The notes beneath the pieces are model-generated. The model ran no database searches. It had not been told where the DNA came from and saw nothing but the letters and a program-made list of their open reading frames with translations. Position numbers and translations under genes: made by a program. 248,000 bases of DNA from contig NZ_JMCB01000005.1 of NCBI RefSeq assembly GCF_000737315.1, forward strand, positions 20,001 through 268,000. Reading direction: 5' to 3'. This DNA is from Hyalangium minutum (GTDB lineage Bacteria > Myxococcota > Myxococcia > Myxococcales > Myxococcaceae). Positions 134,673 through 144,491 of the stretch are shown piece by piece. Each line of letters begins with the position of its first letter. Within the stretch, counting starts at the first letter, position 1.

Positions 134673-136382
134673 ATGTGGCAGATCATCATCAACGGGCCGG
134701 GCTACTTCGACACCCCTTACGATCTCCCCGAAGGAGCGACCAGCCTCGGCCGAGCCGATGAGAACGACATCGTTCTCGGCGGAGACCTTGTGTCGCGCAA
134801 GCACGCCTGCCTGCTCGTGCAGGGCGACACGCTGCGCATCGAGGACCTCGGCAGTCGCAACGGCAGCCGCATCAATGGCCTCCCCCTCCAGGGCGGCAAA
134901 GACTTAACCCCCGGCGACATCGTCACCCTGGGAGAGAACACCCTCTCCGTTCGCCAGCCCCACACCGTGGAGAGCGCCGCCACGGAGATGGTGGACCTGG
135001 GCGCTGGAGGCGTCCGCCGCTTCGGCCACGGGGAAGACGTCTCCCCAGCGGTGATTCTCGCCAAGAATGTGAAGGATCTGGACGTTCTGCGCGCGCTCGA
135101 CAACTTCGAGCCTGTTCCCTACGAGAATGAATCGGGAGGCAGTACGCCCATTGGTGCCGGTGGCAGCAGCCCTCGCGTCTCCTACGAGAAGCTCGTGCTG
135201 CTGTTCCGCACCGCCGAGTCCCTGGCCACCGCCGAGTCCCTGCCCGCCTTCCTCGAGTCCGCCATGGACCGAGTGCTGGAGCGCACCGAGGCCACCACCG
135301 CCGTGGTGCTGCTGCGCCACTCCAGCGGGGTCCTGGTGCCCGCCTCCGTGCGCCACCGGGGCAAGCTGGCCAAGGGCGAGGTGCCCGTCTCGGACGCCAT
135401 CGTCGAGGAGGCCATGCGCCAGGGCCGCGCGCTCGCCGTGGGAGACGTGCGAGACGACCGGCGCTTCGCGGGCCGCGAGAGCGTCATCCTCTACGGCGTG
135501 GACCGGGTGCTCTGCATCCCCATTGGCCGCGAGCCTCCCTTCGCCGGCGTGCTCTACGTCAACACCCCCGCCGAGTCGGAGACCACGCTGGAGCTCATGC
135601 TGGACGCCTGCACCGCCGTGGCCCACCTGGTGGCCAGCGGCGTGCAGCGCTTCTCCGCCCAGAGCCCCAAGGAGACGGGTGGCCCCGGCAGTGCCCTGCG
135701 CCGCACCCTGGAGCGCTTCCACCCGCCCGAGGTGGCCGAGCGCCGCGCCGCCGAGGCTCAGCGCACGGGAGGCCGCCCCCCCGCCCTGGAGGAGCGGCCC
135801 CTCACCATCCTCCACGCGGAGATGGCAGGCTTTGGCGCGCTGTGCACCCGGCTGGGCCCCGTGCGCGCCTCGGCCGTCCTCAATGACTTCCACGCGAAGA
135901 TGAGCGGCCTCATCTTCAGCTTCGAGGGCTCGGTGGAGGCCTTCGTGGGCGAGTCCGTGCGCGCCCTGTTCGGCTTCCCCTCGGCCAAGCAGGATGACTC
136001 CGTGAGGGCGGTGCGCGCCGGGCTGGCGCTGCGCGCCGACTGGCTGCGGGCCATGTCCCGCCGGCCCGCGGACGAGCGCTGCGAGCTGCGCATCGCGATC
136101 CATACCACCAAAGGTCTGGTGGGGATGATCGGCCCGGACTCGCGGCTGGACCTCGGCGCCGTGGGCGAGGGTGTCCCCGTGGCGGGCTGGCTCGCCTCCA
136201 CGGCTGCTCCCGGACAGGTCCTCATTACCGGAAAGACCCTGGCTTCCATCGGAGCGCGCTTCGACGTGCTGCCTCTGGGAGAGCGTCTGGTGCGGCCTCC
136301 CAAGGACAAGGTGGCGGCCTTCGAGGTGCTCGAGGAGGACGTGCCGGCGCTCACCAATCCGGGCGTCCACGGGCCCAAGTAA
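134673..136382 (+). CDS. FHA-GAF-adenylate/guanylate cyclase-like protein (degenerate active site)
   Basis: VSRKHA, SRNG; cyclase-fold motifs with substitutions. Confidence 0.78.
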   Translation: MWQIIINGPGYFDTPYDLPEGATSLGRADENDIVLGGDLVSRKHACLLVQGDTLRIEDLGSRNGSRINGLPLQGGKDLTPGDIVTLGENTLSVRQPHTVESAATEMVDLGAGGVRRFGHGEDVSPAVILAKNVKDLDVLRALDNFEPVPYENESGGSTPIGAGGSSPRVSYEKLVLLFRTAESLATAESLPAFLESAMDRVLERTEATTAVVLLRHSSGVLVPASVRHRGKLAKGEVPVSDAIVEEAMRQGRALAVGDVRDDRRFAGRESVILYGVDRVLCIPIGREPPFAGVLYVNTPAESETTLELMLDACTAVAHLVASGVQRFSAQSPKETGGPGSALRRTLERFHPPEVAERRAAEAQRTGGRPPALEERPLTILHAEMAGFGALCTRLGPVRASAVLNDFHAKMSGLIFSFEGSVEAFVGESVRALFGFPSAKQDDSVRAVRAGLALRADWLRAMSRRPADERCELRIAIHTTKGLVGMIGPDSRLDLGAVGEGVPVAGWLASTAAPGQVLITGKTLASIGARFDVLPLGERLVRPPKDKVAAFEVLEEDVPALTNPGVHGPK

Positions 136383-136483
136383 ACCCCTGCGTCTGGCCGT
136401 CCACAGGCCTTTCGGCCGGTTGACCGGTTGAAGAAGTCCCCCCGAACCGGCTTGAATGGAGAGATCGTGGGTCCTCGCACCGC

Positions 136484-139400
136484 ATGAACACCTCCTCCTC
136501 AGCCCGCCTGAGGCCGTTCCGGCCACAGGCGTTTGGCCGGTATACGCTCCTGTCCCATCTGGCCACCGGCGGCATGGGGGAGATCTACCTGGCGCGGCTG
136601 GAGGGAGCGCAGGGCTTCGAGAAGCTGTGCGTCATCAAGAAGATCCTGCCGCAGCTGGCCGAGGACAAGGAGTTCGTCGACCGCTTCGTGGGTGAGGCCC
136701 GCACGCTGGTGAAGCTCAGCCACGGCTCCATCGCCCAAGTGTTGGACATGGGCCTGCACGAGGGCGAGGCGTATATGGCCCTCGAGTACGTGGACGGCAA
136801 GGACCTGCGCAAGGTGGCTGGCCGCGTGCGGGACAGGCACACGCCGCTGCCGCTCACCTTCATTCTCTTCGTCATGGGGCGGGTGCTGGACGCGCTGGCG
136901 TACGCGCACCGCAAGCGGGACGACGACGAGAAGGACATCAACCTCGTCCACCGGGACATCTCGCCACAGAACATCCTCATCTCCTACGAGGGGGAGGTGA
137001 AGGTGGTCGACTTCGGGCTGGCCAAGAGCCGGCTGTCGGCGGCGAAGACCAACCCGAGCATCATCCTGGGCAAGTTCCTCTATATGTCGCCGGAGCAGGC
137101 CCGGCACCAGCCGGTGGACCGCCGCAGTGACTTGTATGCGGTGGGACTTTGTCTCTACGAGCTGATCTCCGGGAAGAACCCGTTCGACGCGGTGCACTCG
137201 GGCGACCTCATGTCCGTGGTGGCGCACCCGCGCATCGCTCCGCTGGGCGAGGTGGAGCCGCTCACGCCGTCCGCCGTGGCCAACCTGGTGATGAAGGCGC
137301 TGGCGGTGGAGCCGGCGCAGCGCTTCCAGACGGCCGAGGAGTTCCGCGCCAAGCTGATGGGCGTGCTGATGGACATCGACCGGAACGCCGGTCCAGAGAC
137401 CGTCAGCCGCTTCATGCGAGAGCTGTTCGCCCAGGAGTTCGCGGGCGAGCGCAAGCTGCTGGCCCAGCTGAAGGAAGTGCCGCGCGGGGGCGAGCCGCTC
137501 GTGCCGCGCATGGGCACCGAGCTGGACACGGATCCGGCCGCCCGGTTCCCTCCGCCCAGCCTGCCGCCGAAGACCATCAAGCTGGATCCGCCGCCCGAGC
137601 CGCTCTCCTTCCAGCCCACGCCGCGCTCCCGCCCGGGCGCCCAGGCGCATGTGCACGAGGAGGAGACCCGGCCCGGTGTGGTGGTCAACAGCGAGACCAC
137701 CCGTCCCGCCGTCTCCTTCGAGGCGCTCGACGCGGCCGCCCGGGCCCGCGTCCGGTCGCCGCTGTCCTCCCTGCCGCCCGCGCCCGACACCGTCACGGTG
137801 GAGCTGGGCTCGGAGGACTTTGGCCCCTTCCCAGGGGAGCCGGTCTCCGTGGCCTCTCCCGCGCCCGCGCGCTTGAGCGCTCCCACGGTGGAGATGCCGG
137901 TGCCCTACATGCCTGCGGCGGCCATTCCGCCCAGCGCACCGTCTTCGCCGCAGATGTCCGGCACCGCGCGGACCCTGGAGGCGCCTCGGGCCGTCCCGCC
138001 TCCGCCTCTGCCTGCTCCCAGCGCGTCTGGGAACCGGCCTCCCGATCCGCCGCTGCGCGCGGCCATGCCAGGTGCCCTCCCGCCGGGATCCGTCCCCACC
138101 AAGCCGGGAGAGATGCCTTCACCGCGCACGCCGCCCGCGCCGCCATCATCCTCCGCCGCCGCGAGGCTGCAGGAGACGCAGCGGGTGACGCTGCCTCCGC
138201 CGCCCTCGAGCGCGGTCACCCCCGAGCCGCGAAGGCAGGAGGCGAGCCGCGCCGAGAGCTCGCCGGCGTCCGCAACGGCCTCCCCGGCGGTGATGCTTCC
138301 CTTCACCACGCCGTCCACGCCGATGCCCGCGGTGTCAGCGGAGAGCCCGCCGCCCGTGCCGGAGGTGTCGCTGCCCGCCGAGCCCCAGGCCGAGATCGTC
138401 ACGGCCCCGCGGGAGCTGCCCCGGTCCATGTCCGCCCGCGCGGCGCAGGCGGACCCTGGGAGTGGAGGGACGGACGCCAGCCGCCGTGGCCTGGACGACA
138501 CGCACCCCAGCTACCAGATGGCTTCCTCGCCGCCTCCAGCGGATACGCAGCCGCGCGTGGTGCTGGATGAGCTGGCGCTCCAGAACGGCCCGGAAGAGGG
138601 CATCGTCCCGGGCATTCCGGAGGAGCCCCTCTCCAATCCCGGGCGCGACCGCTCCGAGGACTCCATCTCGGTTCCGGGCCGCCCGAGGACCGGACGGCGC
138701 CCGCGCAGCACAGGTGGGACGCCGGCGAGCTTGCCGGCCATGCGCGGAGGCACGGCGTCCGTGCGCGCCGCTCAGCGCCCCGTGGAGCCGGTGAGCGCCC
138801 CTCCAGAGCGAGCGGAGACGGATGACTCCGCTCCGGTGGCCATCGCCGTCGACGACCCCACCCCAGCAGAGGCCCGCGACCCGCGCGACGATACGCGGCG
138901 GACGCCCCTGCCCACCCGGCCGCCCACCGAGAGCCGCCGCGCGCAGCGTGAGGAGGCACGGCGGCCCGCGGCGCCGCCTGCTCCGGCCCAGAAGCGCTCC
139001 TGGGGGTGGATGGTCCTGAGCCTCGTGCTGCTGCTGGGCGCGGCCGCGGCGGTGTACGCGACGCTCCCGATGATCCAGGCGCTGGTGAAGTCGAAGCTGG
139101 AGGACGCGAAGCCTGCCGAGCCGGGGACGACGCGCATCCAGCCGACGCCGGTTCCGAGCGGGCCGCCGGGCCAGACTCCGGCCGCTGCGCCCCCGACACC
139201 CGAGCCCGCGGCGGCCACGCCTCCCGCGAGCCCCGCACCCACAGAAGCGGCAGCCCCGCCTCCCGCGGGGGCCGTTGCCGCCGTCACGCCAGAGGTTCCC
139301 GTGCCGGAGAGCGCGAGCCCGGATGAAGGCGAGGACGATGATTTGCTGCCCCTGCCTGCCACGCCGTCGCCTCCGCCCAAGAAGAGCCAGAGCTCGCGTT

Positions 139401-139657
139401 CCAGCAAGAAGGCCTCTGCGGCCTTGCGCAAGGAAGTGCAGGAGCTCAAGAACGACTGGACGGCGACGAAGGCCGCCTACGCGAAGCTCACCCAGGAAGT
139501 GTCGTGTGAGGCCACCACGCTGGGCCTCCTCTGCAGCAGGTACGACAACCTGCGGCGGGACTATGCAGCCTTGGGCGAGAACTCCTACGACAAGGAAATC
139601 CACAGCCGGGTGAAGAGGATGCGCACCGAGCTCAACAAGGCGCTGAGCGCCCAGTAG
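136484..139657 (+). CDS. Ser/Thr kinase with long Pro-rich linker and C-terminal TM
   Basis: TGGMGEIY, VIKK, HRDISPQN, DFG. Confidence 0.9.
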   Translation: MNTSSSARLRPFRPQAFGRYTLLSHLATGGMGEIYLARLEGAQGFEKLCVIKKILPQLAEDKEFVDRFVGEARTLVKLSHGSIAQVLDMGLHEGEAYMALEYVDGKDLRKVAGRVRDRHTPLPLTFILFVMGRVLDALAYAHRKRDDDEKDINLVHRDISPQNILISYEGEVKVVDFGLAKSRLSAAKTNPSIILGKFLYMSPEQARHQPVDRRSDLYAVGLCLYELISGKNPFDAVHSGDLMSVVAHPRIAPLGEVEPLTPSAVANLVMKALAVEPAQRFQTAEEFRAKLMGVLMDIDRNAGPETVSRFMRELFAQEFAGERKLLAQLKEVPRGGEPLVPRMGTELDTDPAARFPPPSLPPKTIKLDPPPEPLSFQPTPRSRPGAQAHVHEEETRPGVVVNSETTRPAVSFEALDAAARARVRSPLSSLPPAPDTVTVELGSEDFGPFPGEPVSVASPAPARLSAPTVEMPVPYMPAAAIPPSAPSSPQMSGTARTLEAPRAVPPPPLPAPSASGNRPPDPPLRAAMPGALPPGSVPTKPGEMPSPRTPPAPPSSSAAARLQETQRVTLPPPPSSAVTPEPRRQEASRAESSPASATASPAVMLPFTTPSTPMPAVSAESPPPVPEVSLPAEPQAEIVTAPRELPRSMSARAAQADPGSGGTDASRRGLDDTHPSYQMASSPPPADTQPRVVLDELALQNGPEEGIVPGIPEEPLSNPGRDRSEDSISVPGRPRTGRRPRSTGGTPASLPAMRGGTASVRAAQRPVEPVSAPPERAETDDSAPVAIAVDDPTPAEARDPRDDTRRTPLPTRPPTESRRAQREEARRPAAPPAPAQKRSWGWMVLSLVLLLGAAAAVYATLPMIQALVKSKLEDAKPAEPGTTRIQPTPVPSGPPGQTPAAAPPTPEPAAATPPASPAPTEAAAPPPAGAVAAVTPEVPVPESASPDEGEDDDLLPLPATPSPPPKKSQSSRSSKKASAALRKEVQELKNDWTATKAAYAKLTQEVSCEATTLGLLCSRYDNLRRDYAALGENSYDKEIHSRVKRMRTELNKALSAQ

Positions 139658-139659
139658 CC

Positions 139660-140436
139660 GTGACGCTGCTCCTCGAGACCCAGGGCCTCGTCGCCGGCTA
139701 TGGCCCATCGCCTGTGCTGCAGGGCGTGGACTGCTCGGTGCGTGCAGGGGAGCTGTGGGCGGTGCTGGGGCCGAACGGCACGGGCAAGAGCACGTTGCTG
139801 CGCGCGGTGCTGGGCGCGCTGCCGTGGATGCGGGGCACGGTGCGGCTGCTGGGGCAGGAGCGCTCGGCATGGGAGCCGCGCGAGCTGGCCCGGCGTGTGG
139901 CCTGGGTGCCGCAGCTCTTCGAGCCCGCCGAGGGCTTCAGTGGGTTGGAGCTGGTGCTGATGGGGCGCAGCCCGCACCTCGGGCTGTGGGGCCTCACCTC
140001 CGAGCGGGACGCGGCGCTGGCACGCACGGTGCTCGAGGAGCTGGGCGTGGCGCACCTGGCGGACCGGCCGGGCGAGGCCATGTCCGGCGGCGAGCGCCGC
140101 ATGCTGCTGCTGGCGCGGGGGTTGGTGCAGGAGCCCTCGCTGCTGCTGCTGGACGAGCCCACGGCCTTTCTGGACGTGGCGCACCAGGTGAGCTCGCTGG
140201 CACGGGTGCGGGCGCGGGTGGAGGCGGGGCTGGGAGCGGTGGCGGTGCTGCACGACGTGAACATGGCGGCGGCCTTCGCCACCCATGTGCTGCTGATGCG
140301 AGATGGCCGCGTGTTGGCACAGGGGCCGGTGGACACGGTGCTGGAGCGCGAGCGGCTCGAGGCGCTCTACGGCCTGCCCATGGAGATGGCGCTGGCTCCC
140401 TCGGGAGCCCGGCTCTTCGCGCCACGGGCGGGCTGA
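139660..140436 (+). CDS. Iron-chelate/cobalamin ABC ATPase (BtuD/FepC-like)
   Basis: GPNGTGKST, MGRSPH, SGGERR, DEPTAFLD. Confidence 0.85.
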   Translation: MTLLLETQGLVAGYGPSPVLQGVDCSVRAGELWAVLGPNGTGKSTLLRAVLGALPWMRGTVRLLGQERSAWEPRELARRVAWVPQLFEPAEGFSGLELVLMGRSPHLGLWGLTSERDAALARTVLEELGVAHLADRPGEAMSGGERRMLLLARGLVQEPSLLLLDEPTAFLDVAHQVSSLARVRARVEAGLGAVAVLHDVNMAAAFATHVLLMRDGRVLAQGPVDTVLERERLEALYGLPMEMALAPSGARLFAPRAG

Positions 140437-140497
140437 TGCCGCAATGCGGCGTGGGCGCGTGGTTGACACCGCTCGCGCCGGGCGGGAAGACGGAGGC

Positions 140498-142189
140498 ATG
140501 AGCCTCCCCCTCATCGCGGGCTTGTTCCTGGTGCTGTTGGCGCTGGGCTACCACTTCTACGGTGGCTTCATCGCAAGGCAGTACAACCTGGACGACGGAG
140601 CGGTGACGCCCGCGCACGCGAAGCAGGACGGGGTGGACTTCATCCCGACGAAGCCGTTCTACCTGCTGGGCCAGCACTTCAGCGCCATCGCGGCGGCGGG
140701 GCCCATCGCCGGGCCCATCCTGGCGGCGCAGCAGTTCGGCTGGCTGCCCGCGCTGATGTGGATCTCGTTTGGCGTGGTGTTCATCGGCGCGGTGCATGAC
140801 CTGTCCACGCTGATTGCTTCGGTGCGGCACGGGGGGGTGTCCATCGCCGAGGTGGTGCGCGAGCACCTGGGGCCCCGGGCGGGCGTGGCGATGCTGCTCT
140901 TCATCTGGGTGGCGCTCATCTACGTCATCGTGGCCTTCACGGACGCGACGGCGTCCACGTTCGTGAGCGGGGACGCGGACCTGGCGGGGCTCACGTTCCG
141001 GTTCAACCCGGGCGGGGCGGTGGCGGCCGCGTCCATCATGTACCTGGTGCTGGCGGTGGTGATGGGGGTGGTGGACCGGTTCCTCAAGCCGCCGCTGTGG
141101 CTGCAGACGGTCCTCTTCGTTCCGGCGACGCTGGGCGCGGTGTGGCTGGGCACGCAGGTGTCCACGGTGCTGGTGATGGACGCGAAGGCGTGGTCCGTCC
141201 TCATCCTGGCCTACTGCTTCGTGGCGTCGCTCACGCCGGTGTGGATTCTCCTGCAGCCGCGCGGGTACCTGGGGGGCTTCGTCCTCTACGCGGCGCTGGC
141301 CATTGGCGTCGTGGGCATCTTCTATGGAGGGCTCAAGGGCGAACTCTCCATCCAGCAGCCGGCGTTCAACGGGTTCCAGGTGGGCGGGGCGGGTGGGGCG
141401 CTGTTCCCGTTCCTCTTCGTGACGATTGCATGCGGGGCCTGCTCGGGCTTCCACGGGCTGGTGTGCTCGGGGACGACGTCGAAGCAGATTGATAAGGAGT
141501 CGCACGTGCACCCGGTGGGCTACGGGGCCATGCTGCTCGAGGGCTTCGTGGCGGTGATTGCGCTGGCCACGGTGATGATCGCCACCAAGGCGGACCTGAC
141601 GGGCAAGGCGCCTGGCGCGGTGTACGGCATGGGGCTGGGGCGGCTGCTGGTGACGATCATCGGCCCGGAGCACCTGCTGTTCGCCACCACCTTTGGAGCC
141701 ATGGCGTTCTCCACCTTCGTGTTCGACACGCTGGATGTGTCCACGCGGCTGGGGCGCTACATCCTCCAGGAGCTGACGGGGGCGAAGGGCCGGACAGCGG
141801 CCGGGTTGGCCACGGCCATCACCTGCGGGGTGCCGATGCTCTTCGTGCTGCTGGCGGGCACGGGGGCGTGGCGCTCCTTCTGGACGCTGTTCGGCACCTC
141901 GAACCAGCTGCTGGCCTCGCTGTCGCTGCTGGGCATCTGCGTGTGGCTGAAGAAGAGCGGCAAGCGCTACGCGTACGCGCTGCTGCCCATGCTCTTCGTG
142001 GGGGCCGTGACGCTGACCAGCCTCGTGTTGCAGATTCGGGATGCCTTCTTCGTGCCGGAGGCCACGGCGGCGGTGCGGCTGAATGGGGTGGTGGCGCTGG
142101 TGCTGTTGGCGCTCGCTCTCTCGCTCTTCGTGGCGGGCGGGCGGGTTCTGCTCAACCGGGATGGGGCCAGACCCGCTCCGGCGGTGTAG
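140498..142189 (+). CDS. CstA family transporter, second paralog
   Basis: GQHFSAIAAAGPIAGP, TIACGACSGFH. Confidence 0.88.
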   Translation: MSLPLIAGLFLVLLALGYHFYGGFIARQYNLDDGAVTPAHAKQDGVDFIPTKPFYLLGQHFSAIAAAGPIAGPILAAQQFGWLPALMWISFGVVFIGAVHDLSTLIASVRHGGVSIAEVVREHLGPRAGVAMLLFIWVALIYVIVAFTDATASTFVSGDADLAGLTFRFNPGGAVAAASIMYLVLAVVMGVVDRFLKPPLWLQTVLFVPATLGAVWLGTQVSTVLVMDAKAWSVLILAYCFVASLTPVWILLQPRGYLGGFVLYAALAIGVVGIFYGGLKGELSIQQPAFNGFQVGGAGGALFPFLFVTIACGACSGFHGLVCSGTTSKQIDKESHVHPVGYGAMLLEGFVAVIALATVMIATKADLTGKAPGAVYGMGLGRLLVTIIGPEHLLFATTFGAMAFSTFVFDTLDVSTRLGRYILQELTGAKGRTAAGLATAITCGVPMLFVLLAGTGAWRSFWTLFGTSNQLLASLSLLGICVWLKKSGKRYAYALLPMLFVGAVTLTSLVLQIRDAFFVPEATAAVRLNGVVALVLLALALSLFVAGGRVLLNRDGARPAPAV

Positions 142190-142202
142190 CCTTCGGGGCT
142201 GA

Positions 142203-144410
142203 ATGTCCCGCTACGCCTTTACGCTCTTTCTCAGCGCCTTCCTGCTCTTTGGGGTTCAGCCGCTGGTAGGCAAGTTCGCGCTGCCGTGGTTCGGTGGAAC
142301 TCCGGCGGTGTGGACGGCCTGCATGCTCTTCTTTCAGGCGGCACTGCTGGCGGGCTATGCGTACTCGCATGCGGTGGCTACGCGGCTGCGGCCCCGTTCC
142401 CAGGTGAAGGTGCACCTGGGGCTGCTGGGCCTCACGGCGCTGGTGCTCCTGGGGCGAGCGCTGTGGGCGGGTTCTCCGGTGGCGCCTGGGGCGGAGTGGC
142501 GGCCCACGGGAGTGGAGGGGCTCACCGGGCGGCTGCTGGCCATGCTGGCGGTGTCGATCGGCCTGCCATTCTTCGTGCTGTCCACCACGGCGCCCCTGCT
142601 GCAGAGCTGGTTCTCGCGGACGCGGCCGGGCGTCTCGCCGTACCGGCTCTATGCGCTGTCCAACGTGGGCTCGTTCCTGGCGTTGTTGAGCTACCCCTTC
142701 CTCGTGGAGCCCTATGTGCCGCGCGATGTGCAGGGCTGGGGCTGGGCAGCGGGGTTCGCGGTGTTCCTCGCGGGGGCCATCGTCTGTGCCCGGGAGGTGT
142801 GGACGCGGGCCGAGGCGGCCAGTCCGGTGGGAGCCACTTCCGAGCTCGTGCCCTCGCCCGAGGAGACGGAGCGGCCGGGGCTGGGACGCCAGTTGGCGTG
142901 GCTGGCGCTGAGTGCGTGCGCATCCGTGCTGCTGCTGGCGACGACGAACCAGCTCTCGCAGGATGTGGCGGCCGGCCCGTTCCTCTGGGTGATGCCGCTG
143001 GCGCTCTACCTGCTCACCTTTATCCTCACCTTCGAGCGCGAGGCGCTGTACCCGCGCGCGGCCTGCATTGTCCTGCTCATCATCAGTGTGGGGGGGGTTA
143101 TCCGCTCCATCTTCGAAGGCCCTCACTTTCCGCTGGCACTTCAGCTGTTTGCGCACGGTGGCGCGCTGCTGGCGGGATGCATGGTGTGCCACGGGGAGCT
143201 GTACCGGCTGCGGCCAGCGCCCCGTCACTTGAGCGCCTTCTACCTTTGGGTGTCGGTGGGCGGCGTGGCGGGGGGCGTCATCGTCAGCCTGCTGGCGCCG
143301 CGCTTCTTCGACACCTATGCGGAGTACCCACTGGCGCTGGCGGCCAGCGCGCTGGTGGCACTGGTGGTGTTGCTCCCGCGTCCGCCGGAGCTGCGGCGGC
143401 TGGAGCGAGTGGGGCGGAACCTGGCGGTGCTGGTGCTGGCGGCGGTAGTGGGAGGGCTGGTGGTGGCGGTAGCGGACAGCCGGCGCGAGGTGCGGCTGAC
143501 GGCGCGCAACTTCTTCGGGGTGGTGCAGGTGCTGGAGAGCGGGATGGGGGATGCGCGCCTGCACCATTATTCGCTCAAGCACGGCGTCATTACCCATGGG
143601 GTGCAATTCGTCGCACCGGAGCGCCGGAGGCTGGCCACCGCGTACTTCACGCCGGACAGCGGCCTGGGGCTGGCCATCGCCGAGCTCCGCCGCGTGCGCC
143701 AGGCCGAGGGCAAGCCGCCCGGGCTGCGCATCGGGGTGCTGGGGCTGGGAGTGGGCACCAGTGCCGCGCTCACGGAAGCGGGGGACACGGTTCGTTTCTA
143801 CGAGATCAACCCGAAGGTCATCGCCTTGGCGTGGGGGGAGGGTGGCTACTTCAGCTATCTCAAGGACACGCCTGCGAAGGTGGAGGTGGTGGAGGGCGAC
143901 GCGCGCATCTCGCTGGAGCAGGAGCTGGCGCGGGGAGAGGCGCAGTCCTTCGATTTGCTGGCGCTGGACGTGTTCAGCTCGGACTCGATTCCGATGCACC
144001 TGCTCACCGAGGAGGCGGTGGCGCTGTACCGTCAGCACCTGCTCCCTCAGGGAGTGCTGGCGCTGCACATCAGTAACGTGCATCTGGACCTGGTGCCGAT
144101 CGCGCTGGCGCACGCTCGGAAGTTCGGGATGCACGCCACGCTCATCGTCAACGAGACGAAGAGGGATGATGCGCTGCGGAGCCTGTGGATGATCCTCAGC
144201 CCAAGCCCGGAGTTTTCCTGGGGTTCCACTTTCACTCAGTCGAGCGGCACGGTTCACCGGCTGGAGCTGGCGGAGCCGACGCGGATCACCTGGACGGACG
144301 AGCTCAGCAGCGTACTCCCAGTGCTACGGCGCCCGCACAAGCTGGTGGAGACGCGGCTGATCGACAGCCCTCCGTCTGCTGCCTCCATGGGCCAGCCCGC
144401 CTCTCCCTGA
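142203..144410 (+). CDS. Membrane protein fused to spermidine synthase-like methyltransferase
   Basis: KFALPWFGG, LGLGVG, EGDAR, LDVFSSD. Confidence 0.8.
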   Translation: MSRYAFTLFLSAFLLFGVQPLVGKFALPWFGGTPAVWTACMLFFQAALLAGYAYSHAVATRLRPRSQVKVHLGLLGLTALVLLGRALWAGSPVAPGAEWRPTGVEGLTGRLLAMLAVSIGLPFFVLSTTAPLLQSWFSRTRPGVSPYRLYALSNVGSFLALLSYPFLVEPYVPRDVQGWGWAAGFAVFLAGAIVCAREVWTRAEAASPVGATSELVPSPEETERPGLGRQLAWLALSACASVLLLATTNQLSQDVAAGPFLWVMPLALYLLTFILTFEREALYPRAACIVLLIISVGGVIRSIFEGPHFPLALQLFAHGGALLAGCMVCHGELYRLRPAPRHLSAFYLWVSVGGVAGGVIVSLLAPRFFDTYAEYPLALAASALVALVVLLPRPPELRRLERVGRNLAVLVLAAVVGGLVVAVADSRREVRLTARNFFGVVQVLESGMGDARLHHYSLKHGVITHGVQFVAPERRRLATAYFTPDSGLGLAIAELRRVRQAEGKPPGLRIGVLGLGVGTSAALTEAGDTVRFYEINPKVIALAWGEGGYFSYLKDTPAKVEVVEGDARISLEQELARGEAQSFDLLALDVFSSDSIPMHLLTEEAVALYRQHLLPQGVLALHISNVHLDLVPIALAHARKFGMHATLIVNETKRDDALRSLWMILSPSPEFSWGSTFTQSSGTVHRLELAEPTRITWTDELSSVLPVLRRPHKLVETRLIDSPPSAASMGQPASP

Positions 144411-144491
144411 CACTTCAGTTTTCGACGGATGCGCCGGCCAGAGTGATCCAGGCAGGACTGAGCCCCGCCTCTGTGGGAAGCTGCCTGCACG

